IMG/VR virus record: IMGVR_UViG_2850808358_000014
DNA: 48,456 nucleotides
Origin: a virus
Taxonomy: Duplodnaviria > Heunggongvirae > Uroviricota > Caudoviricetes
Reading direction: 5' to 3' (one strand)
In this document: positions 1 through 8,459 of the stretch, piece after piece
How positions within the stretch are numbered: the stretch's first letter is position 1
Layout: each line of letters opens with the position of its first letter
Notes under the pieces: generated by a model
The model's database searches: none
What the model was told of the DNA's origin: nothing
What the model saw: only the letters and a program-made list of their open reading frames with translations
Translations under genes and position numbers: made by a program

Positions 1-1011
1 GTGTTCACGAAAACAGCGCAGCTCTGGCATAACGCCACGCCGCATCCGCACTGGTGCGGCCTGACCCTGCTGGCCATCGATGGTGTGTTCTGGCGCACAC
101 CGGATACACCAGAGAACGATGCAGCCTTCCCCCGCCAGACACATGCCGGGAACCCGGCGCTCTACCCGCAGGTCAAAATGGTCTGCCAGATGGAACTGAC
201 CAGCCATCTGCTGACGGCTGCAGCCTTCGGCACGATGAAGAACAGCGAAAATGAGCTTGCTGAGCAACTTATAGAACAAACCGGCGATAACACTCTGACG
301 TTAATGGATAAAGGTTATTACTCACTGGGACTGTTAAATGCCTGGAGCCTGGCGGGAGAACACCGCCACTGGATGATACCTCTCAGAAAGGGAGCGCAAT
401 ATGAAGAGCTCAGAAAACTGGGTAAAGGCGATCATCTGGTGAAGCTGAAAACCAGCCCGCAGGCACGAAAAAAGTGGCCGGGACTGGGAAATGAAGTGAC
501 AGCCCGCCTGCTGACCGTGACGCGCAAAGGAAAAGTCTGCCATCTGCTGACGTCGATGACGGACGCCATGCGCTTCCCCGGAGGAGAAATGGCGGATCTG
601 TACAGTCATCGCTGGGAAATCGAACTGGGATACAGGGAGATAAAACAGACGATGCAACTGAGCAGGCTGACGCTGAGAAGTAAAAAGCCGGAGCTTGTGG
701 AGCAAGAGCTGTGGGGTGTCTTACTGGCTTATAATCTGGTGAGATATCAGATGATTAAAATGGCGGAACATCTGAAAGGTTACTGGCCGAATCAACTGAG
801 TTTCTCAGAATCATGCGGAATGGTGATGAGAATGCTGATGACATTGCAGGGCGCTTCACCGGGACGTATACCGGAGCTGATGCGCGATCTTGCAAGTATG
901 GGACAACTTGTGAAATTACCGACGAGAAGGGAAAGGGCCTTCCCGAGAGTGGTAAAGGAGAGGCCCTGGAAATACCCCACAGCCCCGAAAAAGAGCCAGT
1001 CAGTTGCTTAA
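1..1011 (+). CDS. insG: IS4 transposase InsG, C-terminal 336 aa (5' end cut by window edge)
   Basis: ORF translation matches the E. coli IS4 transposase C-terminus as I recall it ([17 protein letters not shown] ... KKSQSVA); the GTG at position 1 is an edge artefact. Confidence 0.92.
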   Translation: MFTKTAQLWHNATPHPHWCGLTLLAIDGVFWRTPDTPENDAAFPRQTHAGNPALYPQVKMVCQMELTSHLLTAAAFGTMKNSENELAEQLIEQTGDNTLTLMDKGYYSLGLLNAWSLAGEHRHWMIPLRKGAQYEELRKLGKGDHLVKLKTSPQARKKWPGLGNEVTARLLTVTRKGKVCHLLTSMTDAMRFPGGEMADLYSHRWEIELGYREIKQTMQLSRLTLRSKKPELVEQELWGVLLAYNLVRYQMIKMAEHLKGYWPNQLSFSESCGMVMRMLMTLQGASPGRIPELMRDLASMGQLVKLPTRRERAFPRVVKERPWKYPTAPKKSQSVA

Positions 1012-1024
1012 CTGACTGGCATTA
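1..1024 (+). mobile_element. IS4 insertion sequence, right-hand ~1 kb (left part outside window)
   Basis: Carries the 3' 1011 bp of the IS4 transposase gene; the ~18 bp after the stop (about 1007-1024) read as an IS4-type terminal inverted repeat, then AT-rich non-IS DNA. Confidence 0.8.
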
Positions 1025-1295
1025 ACCGTAAGGGTTGGTTTTTTCTTGGCACGAGAGTAGTTTAATTGACCGTGTAACCGCATGATTTTAATCAATATTA
1101 TTGATTCAACTTTTAAACCGTATAACCAAACGTATAACTAAAATAATTTGCTGAAAAAATGCACAATTTAAACGGCGATTGCCCTAGCGACTTCCATGAT
1201 TCTACCTGGATTTTTTTTCGCTCATTCGTTTTTAAGCTGGTGGATGTTCCCCGATATGGGGATCACCACCTACCGGAATTTTTGCCAGGTTATAT

Positions 1296-1416
1296 GTTAA
1301 CCGCTGCCCTGTTAACATTTTTACCAAAAAGGTAGTTAACATTTTTTACACGCAACCAGATGAATCATAAAGGGAAAATCAATAAAAACGCTTCATCAGG
1401 TAGTTAACATGTTAAC
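1296..1416. repeat. cluster of five GTTAAC-core repeats (two as GGTAGTTAACAT)
   Basis: Read directly in AT-rich non-coding DNA; a sixth GTTAAC lies near 1520. Confidence 0.5.
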
Positions 1417-1570
1417 TACTACGAAACGGTAATTTTTTCTCTGCGTGAGAGTGGGCGCGGTGTCCGGCTTGTTCGTTGTTCGTGGCTAACCACTCCCCCC
1501 CATACCGAATTTTTTTCCGGTTAACCTTTAATCAGGCTGGTGGGCTTTACATACCCTTGATCACGGTAAT

Positions 1571-1739
1571 GATGATTCAGGTACGCATCTTTCCACCAAT
1601 GGTGGAAAAGCCCACAGCAGGCCGCCCAGCCTCCCCCAATGGGGGATTGTGGAAGAATCAACGGGTTAGGCCTTAATGGGCTGCGTCACCATGTTGGTGA
1701 TTCAGGTGCGCACCTTTCCCCCTGTGGGGTAAAAGCTCC
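1571..1739. repeat. two ~43-bp direct repeats about 125 bp apart, each with an internal hairpin
   Basis: GATGATTCAGGTACGCATCTTTCCACCAATGGTGGAAAAGC versus GGTGATTCAGGTGCGCACCTTTCCCCCTGTGGGGTAAAAGC; the stems CCACC/GGTGG and CCCC/GGGG differ by compensatory changes. Confidence 0.5.
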
Positions 1740-1782
1740 AACCGTAACGATGTTCGTTATGGTCAACGGTTAAACCGTCTCT

Positions 1783-1820
1783 TTGTCACTGTGTGTCACT
1801 GCTTGTCACTCTCCGTCACG
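1783..1820. repeat. four tandem TGTCAC-type repeats
   Basis: TTGTCACTG TGTGTCACTG CTTGTCACTC TCCGTCACG read directly. Confidence 0.45.
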
Positions 1821-2071
1821 ATTGGGCGTGGTCATTATGACCATTCCCAAAAACCCCATATTCGTGGTTTTTCTGTGTCGGGGCTATTCTGCTGTTGCCG
1901 TGCTGGTGGATATTCTCCGGTATGCGGCTCCCCATATCGGCATCAGGCCCACCAGCGTGAAGCGTTTTTCATTTTTCGCGGGTATAAAAAATCGATGGGG
2001 CTAGCAGTCCGGAAGAGGTCAGGGCACAGAGATTTGACCCGCCCCTCCCTGTGCATTAGCACAATAAGTGA

Positions 2072-2095
2072 CCGAAGGCGGAATTCCGCCCTCGG
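2072..2095. repeat. GC-rich near-perfect palindrome CCGAAGGCGGAATTCCGCCCTCGG
   Basis: Inverted repeat with one mismatch; no flanking T-run, so not a clear terminator. Confidence 0.4.
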
Positions 2096-2189
2096 TACTT
2101 ACATATGAGAAACGATATTTCTTCCACCGATACCCTTTATTTGGGTATCGCGAGTAAGCCCCAAAATCTGGGTGTTACTCTTACTACCC

Positions 2190-2272
2190 AAACTACGGGT
2201 AGTTTCCGTAGTTTCATAGTCGAGTTGCAGATCTGCAACTCGCCACCAGTTGCTAAGTGCATTTTTGCACTT
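2190..2272. promoter_or_regulatory. cluster of three palindromes 3' of the HTH gene (candidate protein-binding or packaging sites)
   Basis: AAACTACGG-N7-CCGTAGTTT; perfect 20-bp GAGTTGCAGATCTGCAACTC; AAGTGCA-TTTT-TGCACTT. Confidence 0.4.
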
Positions 2273-2289
2273 TCGGTAATATCAACCAG

Positions 2290-2674
2290 TTACCGCCGTA
2301 AGTGCTCCGGCTTCCTCCACTGGTAAGTATTTTTCGCGCTCTCCCTCCGTTGTTGAGAACGGCGACGATATGCCAGCAACTCAAGGACTCTTGTTCGTAT
2401 GTTGCGCATATCCACGCCGTTAAGCTCAATACCGTCACGGCGCATCACCTCAGCCACCACACGCGCGTAATTTTCAGCGGTGACGCTGTCCGGCTGCGTG
2501 GCCACCTGTTTGCCTGTTGCCTGACAGATTCCGGTAATACGGCGGATTACTTTCAGTAGTTCGGCGTCGGTCATGGTTATGGTTTCCATAGTGATGGGGG
2601 AACAATTTCTGTAATCTGCGAAGCTGGCGATCGGTCAGACTCAAATGCCTGGCAACTTCAGTCTGAGTAGCCAC
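2290..2674 (-). CDS. small HTH DNA-binding protein, reading frame apparently disrupted
   Basis: GTG-start ORF with SD GAGGTG (N-terminus MATQTEVARHLSLTDRQLRRL, HTH-like) overlaps a 99-aa ORF in another frame; the first frame ends in a His/Arg-rich tail. Confidence 0.45.
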
Positions 2675-2749
2675 TGTTCACCTCGCCCAAAAATCTCCCC
2701 TCATGCGTTTTAAACATGCATCTTGCGAACAACTTTATGAAACGCGGCA

Positions 2750-2850
2750 TATATGTCCGGTTTGAGTGTTCAATTTTTGCGCATGTCCGGTTCGCAGAAA
2801 GCGCATTTCTATATTTTTCAAATGGTTAACCTTCAGAGAAACCGGACATG
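2750..2850 (-). promoter_or_regulatory. promoter/operator region upstream of the HTH gene with three ATGTCCGGTT repeats
   Basis: Two direct copies and one inverted copy between the terminator at about 2940 and the gene start at 2674. Confidence 0.4.
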
Positions 2851-2932
2851 GTTTCCGAAAAATTTTCATAAATAGTGAAATTCTGCGCCGCTCCCGCCCC
2901 GTGGCAGGCCACCCCACCGGAAGGACCCGCAA

Positions 2933-2962
2933 AAAAAAGCCGGATTTCTCCGGCCTTTTCTC
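2933..2962 (-). terminator. rho-independent terminator after the 137-aa gene
   Basis: On the minus strand, GCCGGA-loop-TCCGGC hairpin followed by a run of 8 U. Confidence 0.6.
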
Positions 2963-3374
2963 AGATGGTTTTCAGTATGCGATCGATTTCGCCGTCATCA
3001 CCCTGATATCTGCCATCGTATGCCATGCCAGGGCTTACGGCCTGCGGGCTGTGCATGTCCATAAAGTTTTCAAAGGCTGCGGTAAGCTCCGGCGCAACCT
3101 TCGGGCGTTCCTGCTCTATGGTCATGTTCAGGATTTCCCGGGCATTATCGACGCTAATACATGGCACGTTTGCCATTGCACGTAACAGCGGCTGATAGTC
3201 GTCAGATTCATGAAGCGCCATAATCGCATCAGTGCGCGGCTTGTCCTGCTCTTCCAGTTTGTTAAGTTGATATATAGCCTCGTAGGTTGATAAACCTCTG
3301 TCCGCCATTGCCCGCGCTTCGGCTTTAAATTTACTCGCCAGCGGTAGCGCCATGATAGCTTCATTGATTGCCAT
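2961..3374 (-). CDS. hypothetical protein, 137 aa, last gene of the capsid operon
   Basis: Intact ORF directly downstream of the gpD-like gene and followed by a terminator; no family recognised. Confidence 0.6.
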   Translation of the reverse strand: MAINEAIMALPLASKFKAEARAMADRGLSTYEAIYQLNKLEEQDKPRTDAIMALHESDDYQPLLRAMANVPCISVDNAREILNMTIEQERPKVAPELTAAFENFMDMHSPQAVSPGMAYDGRYQGDDGEIDRILKTI

Positions 3375-3386
3375 CGTTCCCCCTGC

Positions 3387-3676
3387 TTATCGCACCAGTG
3401 GCTGAACGGATACGCCAGAACCCGCAAAAGCGGCGCATTTTTTCGCGTCGGTGTCGACGCTCTCGGGCCAGTTAACGGCGGCGATATTAAATATCCCCGT
3501 CTTGTAACACTGTGCTGATTTCTGCTTTGACGTGTCCACGGGTACGCCGTCAGATAAACAGCCTTGCCAGATTCCTGACCATCCCACGCCTTAAACTCGC
3601 CATTGTCCGCCAGCATCAGCGGAAAAATGTACCAGCGTCGTGGCAACCTGCTGTGTGCCTGCATATAACTCAACAT
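3387..3676 (-). pseudogene. lambda gpD-like head decoration protein, frameshifted
   Basis: Two overlapping ORF fragments; joined they read ...EFKAWDGQESGKAVYLTAYP|VDTSKQ...KKCAAFAGSGVSV, which resembles the lambda gpD core (KLVAWDG...KKRTAFAGTAISIV); the break is at a C run near 3541. Confidence 0.6.
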
Positions 3677-3700
3677 ATGGAGTGCCCATAGAATCTCCCG

Positions 3701-4756
3701 TTAACCAATTTTCACAGTAACAAATTTGCGGATATCTGCCGGAACCGGCTGCGGTGCGCTGTGCGTCTGCACGTACTCAATCGCCGGATCGCCGCTCTCA
3801 ATCCAGTTTTTCGGGTAGTACATGTTTTGCGTTGCGCCCGTTCTTACCGCTTCCGGATCCATAATCGCGCCATAGGCCACCAGACCTTTATTGCTGGTGT
3901 TGCCCAGGACAAGCAAATCAGGCTCAAGGAAATATTTTTCGGTGCCGTCGCTGTCGGTGTATTTGCCGGAATAGACGATAAGGGCCAGATCACCCAGATA
4001 GCCTTTAAAGCTCACCACTTCGCCCAGGTTTTTACACGCCAGCTCTGCGGCGGATTCTGAACCACGGGAAAGATCGTACAGCTCGCGGAATTTTTTAAAG
4101 CTACGTAAGGTGCGCCATACGTCAGCGCCCATAATCATGACGTTGGCGGGGCAGCTGGCCTGTTCGGCGTATAGCTCGATGTCATCTGTCGGATCATGCG
4201 TCTCTTTATTCTGCTCAGACCATTTTTTTCCTGGCCCCTGATGGACAATGCAGTTTGCCGGCATATTCCAGTCGATTTCATAGCGTTCTATGCCTTCGCC
4301 TTCAATGATGTTTTTTCCGGTCGTGACCGCATTCACTGCCAGCCATTCCACACGCGCTTTAATGGCGTTTATCTGGCGGCGCATGTTGCCAGTAATGAGG
4401 CGCATACGTCGCCAGGTGGGGTCGTTAAGCAGTGCCGGATCTTCTCCAGCCATGCGCATGATGGTTTTTGATGGATCGATTTCGTGTTTGGGTTTCATGT
4501 AGCCAGGGCGGATAGTGCTTGTTTCGTACCCTTTATCACGCTGAACCTGGCTACCCACCACAGGCGAACAAAACGCCGACATGGTGACTTCTTCAATGTC
4601 CAGGGTATCCAGCATGACATCTTGTGTGTTGAAGGTTGCTACTTTCGGGAAAAACAGCGTGGTAAACAGCGGACTGAATTTAAATTCCGGGATATCCCCG
4701 CGATTCAGGTACGCGAAAAGCTGGTTAGTGTTAAGTGCCGTTGCTTTGTCTGCCAT
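3701..4756 (-). CDS. lambda gpE-like major capsid protein, 351 aa
   Basis: Collinear similarity to lambda E as recalled (PGYMKPKHE, DPTDDIE, KGYLGD, YPKNW motifs) and near-identical length. Confidence 0.85.
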   Translation of the reverse strand: MADKATALNTNQLFAYLNRGDIPEFKFSPLFTTLFFPKVATFNTQDVMLDTLDIEEVTMSAFCSPVVGSQVQRDKGYETSTIRPGYMKPKHEIDPSKTIMRMAGEDPALLNDPTWRRMRLITGNMRRQINAIKARVEWLAVNAVTTGKNIIEGEGIERYEIDWNMPANCIVHQGPGKKWSEQNKETHDPTDDIELYAEQASCPANVMIMGADVWRTLRSFKKFRELYDLSRGSESAAELACKNLGEVVSFKGYLGDLALIVYSGKYTDSDGTEKYFLEPDLLVLGNTSNKGLVAYGAIMDPEAVRTGATQNMYYPKNWIESGDPAIEYVQTHSAPQPVPADIRKFVTVKIG

Positions 4757-4962
4757 TATTCACCCTCATGAGTCTGATTCATGCCAAGCGCCGCACGTAA
4801 ATAGGCGCGTACCTGCCAGCCTGTTGACGGCTCAACCATCGCCAGCGGATCAAGTCCTGCCGCAATGCCCGCTTTTACGTTCTGCTGGTGGCGTTCCTTG
4901 AGCGCCTCCACGATATCGGGGCTTATGTAAACTGTCACCCCGCCTTTTTTCTCTTCTGTCAT
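4756..4962 (-). CDS. hypothetical protein, 68 aa, translationally coupled to the capsid gene
   Basis: Its stop overlaps the capsid ATG (TAATG); no family recognised. Confidence 0.5.
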   Translation of the reverse strand: MTEEKKGGVTVYISPDIVEALKERHQQNVKAGIAAGLDPLAMVEPSTGWQVRAYLRAALGMNQTHEGE

Positions 4963-4991
4963 AGTCAGAAATTCCTTTTCGACTTAAAAAA

Positions 4992-5019
4992 TTATAACTG
5001 GATGTACATCCAGTTATAA
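4992..5019. promoter_or_regulatory. perfect ~27-bp palindrome TTATAACTGGATGTACATCCAGTTATAA upstream of the capsid operon
   Basis: Perfect dyad with a CTGG-N8-CCAG core about 30 bp upstream of the 68-aa gene; candidate operator. Confidence 0.45.
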
Positions 5020-5139
5020 TTATAATCATAGTTGCATTTTGTGCAATAGAATTGAGTTGCATTGCAAATTATGAAATGATTTACGGCAACAGTAGTCACC
5101 ATGCTGTTAACCTCGTAAGCAAAAGCCCGATAAGCTTCC

Positions 5140-5196
5140 TCCTGTACTTATCGGGCTTTTTTTGGGTACAAAAAGCCGGATTTTCTCCGGCCTGTG
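5140..5196. terminator. pair of hairpin plus T-run terminators (bidirectional)
   Basis: CCCGATAAG...CTTATCGGG followed by T7 on plus; GCCGGA-TTTTC-TCCGGC followed by U-run on minus, almost identical to the hairpin near 2940. Confidence 0.5.
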
Positions 5197-5199
5197 CGT

Positions 5200-5610
5200 T
5201 CAGAACGGAATATCATCACCGTAGGGGTCATCGTCTCCCGCTGGTGGCTGATTACCCTGTGTGCCTGTGGTTTTGCGTCTGTTCCCGCCAGGGCGTGCCG
5301 CTCGGGCACTGATTACGCTGTCGGCAATAACCTGATAACCCTGCCGCGTTTCCCCGTTCTGTCCGGTCCACTGGCTGACCTGCATCGTGCCGGATACGCT
5401 GGCAACGTCGCCTTTTTGATGTTTAGCCAGGAAGTCGGCCTGCTTACCAAATGCCATCACCGATAGCCATAACGTCGCCTGTCCGTCCTGTGCCTGGCTG
5501 CATGGCAGCGATACCGCCATACGCGCCAGCGTCATCGGTGTGCCCTTGCTGGTCTGTTTTACCTGCGGGTCGTCCACCAACCGTCCGTAAGCTGCTATCT
5601 GTGCTGTCAT
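5200..5610 (-). CDS. ssb: single-stranded DNA-binding protein (short phage/plasmid type)
   Basis: OB-fold-like N-terminus, Gly/Gln-rich linker and acidic C-terminal tail ending DDDPYGDDIPF. Confidence 0.85.
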   Translation of the reverse strand: MTAQIAAYGRLVDDPQVKQTSKGTPMTLARMAVSLPCSQAQDGQATLWLSVMAFGKQADFLAKHQKGDVASVSGTMQVSQWTGQNGETRQGYQVIADSVISARAARPGGNRRKTTGTQGNQPPAGDDDPYGDDIPF

Positions 5611-5885
5611 GATTCCACCTCTCCGGTTTTAACGTTGATGGTTGTTACCTGTTCCGCTTCGGCAATCTCCCGTTCTGTCAGCGTGGCAAAGTTTGCCGCT
5701 GCTGTGGTCATGAATGCGCTTATCAGGTCGGGATGTTCCTTCGCGTATCCTTCCCCCGCGTGGCGGTCTATCGTTCTGATTGCCACCTTTAAAGCGTGCT
5801 CTGTCATGTCTAACGCGCGATATTTCGGTTCTGTTCTGTCTCTGCGTTTTTTGAGTGATTTATTAAATTTTCCTGAAGTGTGCAT
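5607..5885 (-). CDS. hypothetical protein (92-aa ORF; true start may be internal)
   Basis: ORF between the origin and ssb; no family recognised. Confidence 0.45.
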   Translation of the reverse strand: MHTSGKFNKSLKKRRDRTEPKYRALDMTEHALKVAIRTIDRHAGEGYAKEHPDLISAFMTTAAANFATLTEREIAEAEQVTTINVKTGEVES

Positions 5886-5929
5886 GTTTATTTTTACCCC
5901 CTCGTTTAAAAAGTTTTGAGTTGTGCCTC

Positions 5930-6160
5930 CCCTTGTCTACCTTATCTACCTTGCTGGCCCTCATGCCAGTAATGGCGCGGCTTTCAGCGGGTAGAGTGTT
6001 TTTATCCACTATCTACCCCGTGTCTACCTCCCTGTCTGATTCAGGTAAAATCAGGTAGAGAGGGTAGATAGTGGGTAGACAGTAAAAAAAAGCTGTCTAC
6101 CTAACTTAATGTACTGAATTAAATGTATTTTCCTTTGCTCAGGTAGACAGCAATTACAAA
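5930..6160. repeat. replication origin: about 10 iterons of consensus YNTCTACC in both orientations plus an AT-rich stretch
   Basis: TTGTCTACC, TTATCTACC, CTATCTACC, GTGTCTACC, CTGTCTACC and inverted GGTAGAG/GGTAGAT/GGTAGAC copies directly 3' of the primase gene. Confidence 0.6.
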
Positions 6161-6163
6161 AAA

Positions 6164-7917
6164 TTATAAAAACGCGTCGCACTCGTCTGTTGTTATTGCG
6201 TTAGTCTGCGTTACCCCCTTAACTTTCCGCGTAATATATTCATGTCCGTAAACTTTTGCGGCAGGCTTCATAGCCTTGCCAAAGTCATTTACGTTTAGCG
6301 GTTTGCTCCTGCCTGCGTATGCCATAAACGCCAGATAGACGCGGTAAAGGCTGTTCCTGGTCGTGTACTTCACTGAATCACCACCGCCACCCATCATCAG
6401 GCCGCGCGCTTCCTCCAGAAAATTCAGGAACTGGCAAAACTCAATAACCGGATCCGTCTGTTGCTTTATTGCCAGTGCTTCATCACCGTCACGCTGTTCC
6501 AGTAGTAAAGCCCGTGCCTTCTCAGGGTCGGTAAAGTTCGCCAGCAATCGGCGGATAATAACGGGGATTTCAGCCGCAATCTTTTCCGGTAGCTCCCTGT
6601 CTTTTTCGGCCTCACTGACGATATTGTCGAAACGGAAAATCACGCGACGACGTGCCACACCTCCGGCCCGTTCGGTGAATATCATCGGGTTGTTGTCGGT
6701 CGCCAGCACCACCGCCCTGATTACCGCCGTGAAACGCTTTTCATATTTCGGGTTAATTTCCACGGGTCGCCGCCCGTGATTTTCTTGATGCCCGTTCCTT
6801 CGCCTGTATATTTCGGCTGGTCAGCCAGGACGATAAGACGACTCCCGACAACCTGCGCACGTCCACCAGCATCATCAAGCGATGTCATTTCAGCGCTTAC
6901 CGTGTTCTGTTTCCCTGCCAGAAGGCTGGCTATGTGTGTGAATGTACTTTTACCGCTCCCGCCGTCTCCGGTGGCCTCAATAAACATCTGCCAGTCGTAC
7001 CGGTTCGCCATAATCATGTAAAGCGCGGCACATATGCGCATCATCTTGCGCGGGTCTTTTCCGGCTGCGTGATCAAGCCATTTATGAAAGTTTGGCGCGT
7101 TGTCGCGGATATTCTCCCCTGGTGCTGGTGGCGTGTACTCAATGCCGTTGTGCGTGGTGATCCAGTTCTCCGGCGTGTGCGGGGAAAATTCCCCCGTTTT
7201 CAGGTTAAGCACACCATTAGTGAACGGTAGCAAATCACTGGACGGCTCGCCCATCGGGTCAGCAATAACTTTTAACGCTTCAACGGCGTTATTAATTGCC
7301 CGCTTGCTGAATGTGGCCCCGTGTTCTGAATAAACCGCCACCATTTCGCGGCTCAGTTCCATTGTGCTGACCGGACACCATATCCCGCCGCGCCATACGT
7401 GAACGATTTCACTTTCCGGATGCACACAAACGCCATCAAATCGACCAGCAAGCATCTGTGCGCGCTCACTGTCTGCCATCTGCGAAAGTTGCGCCTTTTG
7501 CTTTACCGGAAGCTCAATGACCAGACCATCAGAAAGATTCTGGCGTTCACGGGCCAGATATTCGCGCCAGTTCTGCACCTCCTGGCCGTGCATACCCTCA
7601 AGATAAAAATTTGCATCCTGTACACCTGCCGCCGCCAGCTTCTGACCAATCGCCTTGATCATTACAGGCTCAAGATGTCCGGCTCTGTATATGCGTGCTG
7701 ATTTTCTGCCATCCGGCACAATTTGCAGATTATCCAGTTCGGATAGCTGCTGCTCTCCAAGCCACACAGGAGGCTCATTATCTCCGGCTGTACGCGCGTC
7801 ATGTTCCTGCCACTGTTTCGCGTGTGCCCAGGCATCACTACCCGCAAAGATAATTACCTCTGTGTCTTTGTGTTTTATTCCGCGTGGCTGTTTTTTTACG
7901 TTCGGTGCCAGTTTCAT
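6164..7917 (-). pseudogene. P4-family primase/helicase, frameshifted
   Basis: 398-aa fragment with toprim-like N-terminus and Walker A GDGGSGKST, plus a 199-aa fragment in another frame; the join ...ITGGDP|VEINPKYEK falls at a G/C run near 6765. Confidence 0.75.
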
Positions 7918-8213
7918 TTTTTACCCCTGAATACGTTAAGCATCTTTTTTATTTCCTGAATATTGGCGCGTGCTTTCTCCCTGCTGGTGGGCACGTTACG
8001 CGGTACGGCCTGCACAAGAGAAAAATCACGGTCGAACTGATAAACAGGCATCACGCAATCATATTCGTAGCCTTCACGACGGTAGGTTACGCGCCGTTCC
8101 TCCACGCCCTTAATTATTACCGTGCCGCCGTACTTATCGCGGTAAATATCCCCGCGCATGAATTTAGTGCGAGTTTTGCCGCTGGCAGTTAAGCCAGGAT
8201 ATTTAAGTTTCAT
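7914..8213 (-). CDS. hypothetical protein, 99 aa
   Basis: Intact ORF whose stop overlaps the primase start; no family recognised. Confidence 0.5.
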   Translation of the reverse strand: MKLKYPGLTASGKTRTKFMRGDIYRDKYGGTVIIKGVEERRVTYRREGYEYDCVMPVYQFDRDFSLVQAVPRNVPTSREKARANIQEIKKMLNVFRGKK

Positions 8214-8218
8214 TATTT

Positions 8219-8452
8219 TTATTCTCCGGTGTGGGGCGCTTTATACTGGTCGTGTAATGTCTCTATTTCCTGCAACTCATTTATTACAGGCTCAAGAAGC
8301 GTTATTAATGCCGTGACAATCCTTGATTTCTGTTTATCACGCTCATTATCGCCAAATGTTTCCAGACACATTTGCAATATTTCCAACATATTTTCACTGT
8401 GAGAAAGTGCAAGAAATGCGCGGTCTGTTATTTCAATGTAAATATCACGCAT
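8219..8452 (-). CDS. hypothetical protein, 77 aa (AT-rich)
   Basis: Intact ORF abutting the IS110-family left end. Confidence 0.5.
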   Translation of the reverse strand: MRDIYIEITDRAFLALSHSENMLEILQMCLETFGDNERDKQKSRIVTALITLLEPVINELQEIETLHDQYKAPHTGE

Positions 8453-8459
8453 AACCCCG

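Larger units (their letters stand above)
1025..8454 (-). mobile_element. satellite-like (P4/PICI-like) element, structural/replication segment; other end truncated or interrupted by IS4
   Basis: Co-oriented minus-strand block of P4-type primase, iteron origin, SSB, gpE-like capsid and gpD-like decoration genes; resumes beyond the IS110/Mu insertion at about 46849. Confidence 0.45.

Noticed and set aside
1025-2289. Possible tRNA or tmRNA attachment site at the satellite end
   Set aside because: I could not find a cloverleaf-compatible sequence or a GTTCGAATCC-type T-arm; the region is better described as repeats and palindromes.
4992-5019. Palindrome as a bona fide LexA box
   Set aside because: The half-sites are CTGG/CCAG, not the consensus CTGT/ACAG, so it is kept only as a candidate operator.
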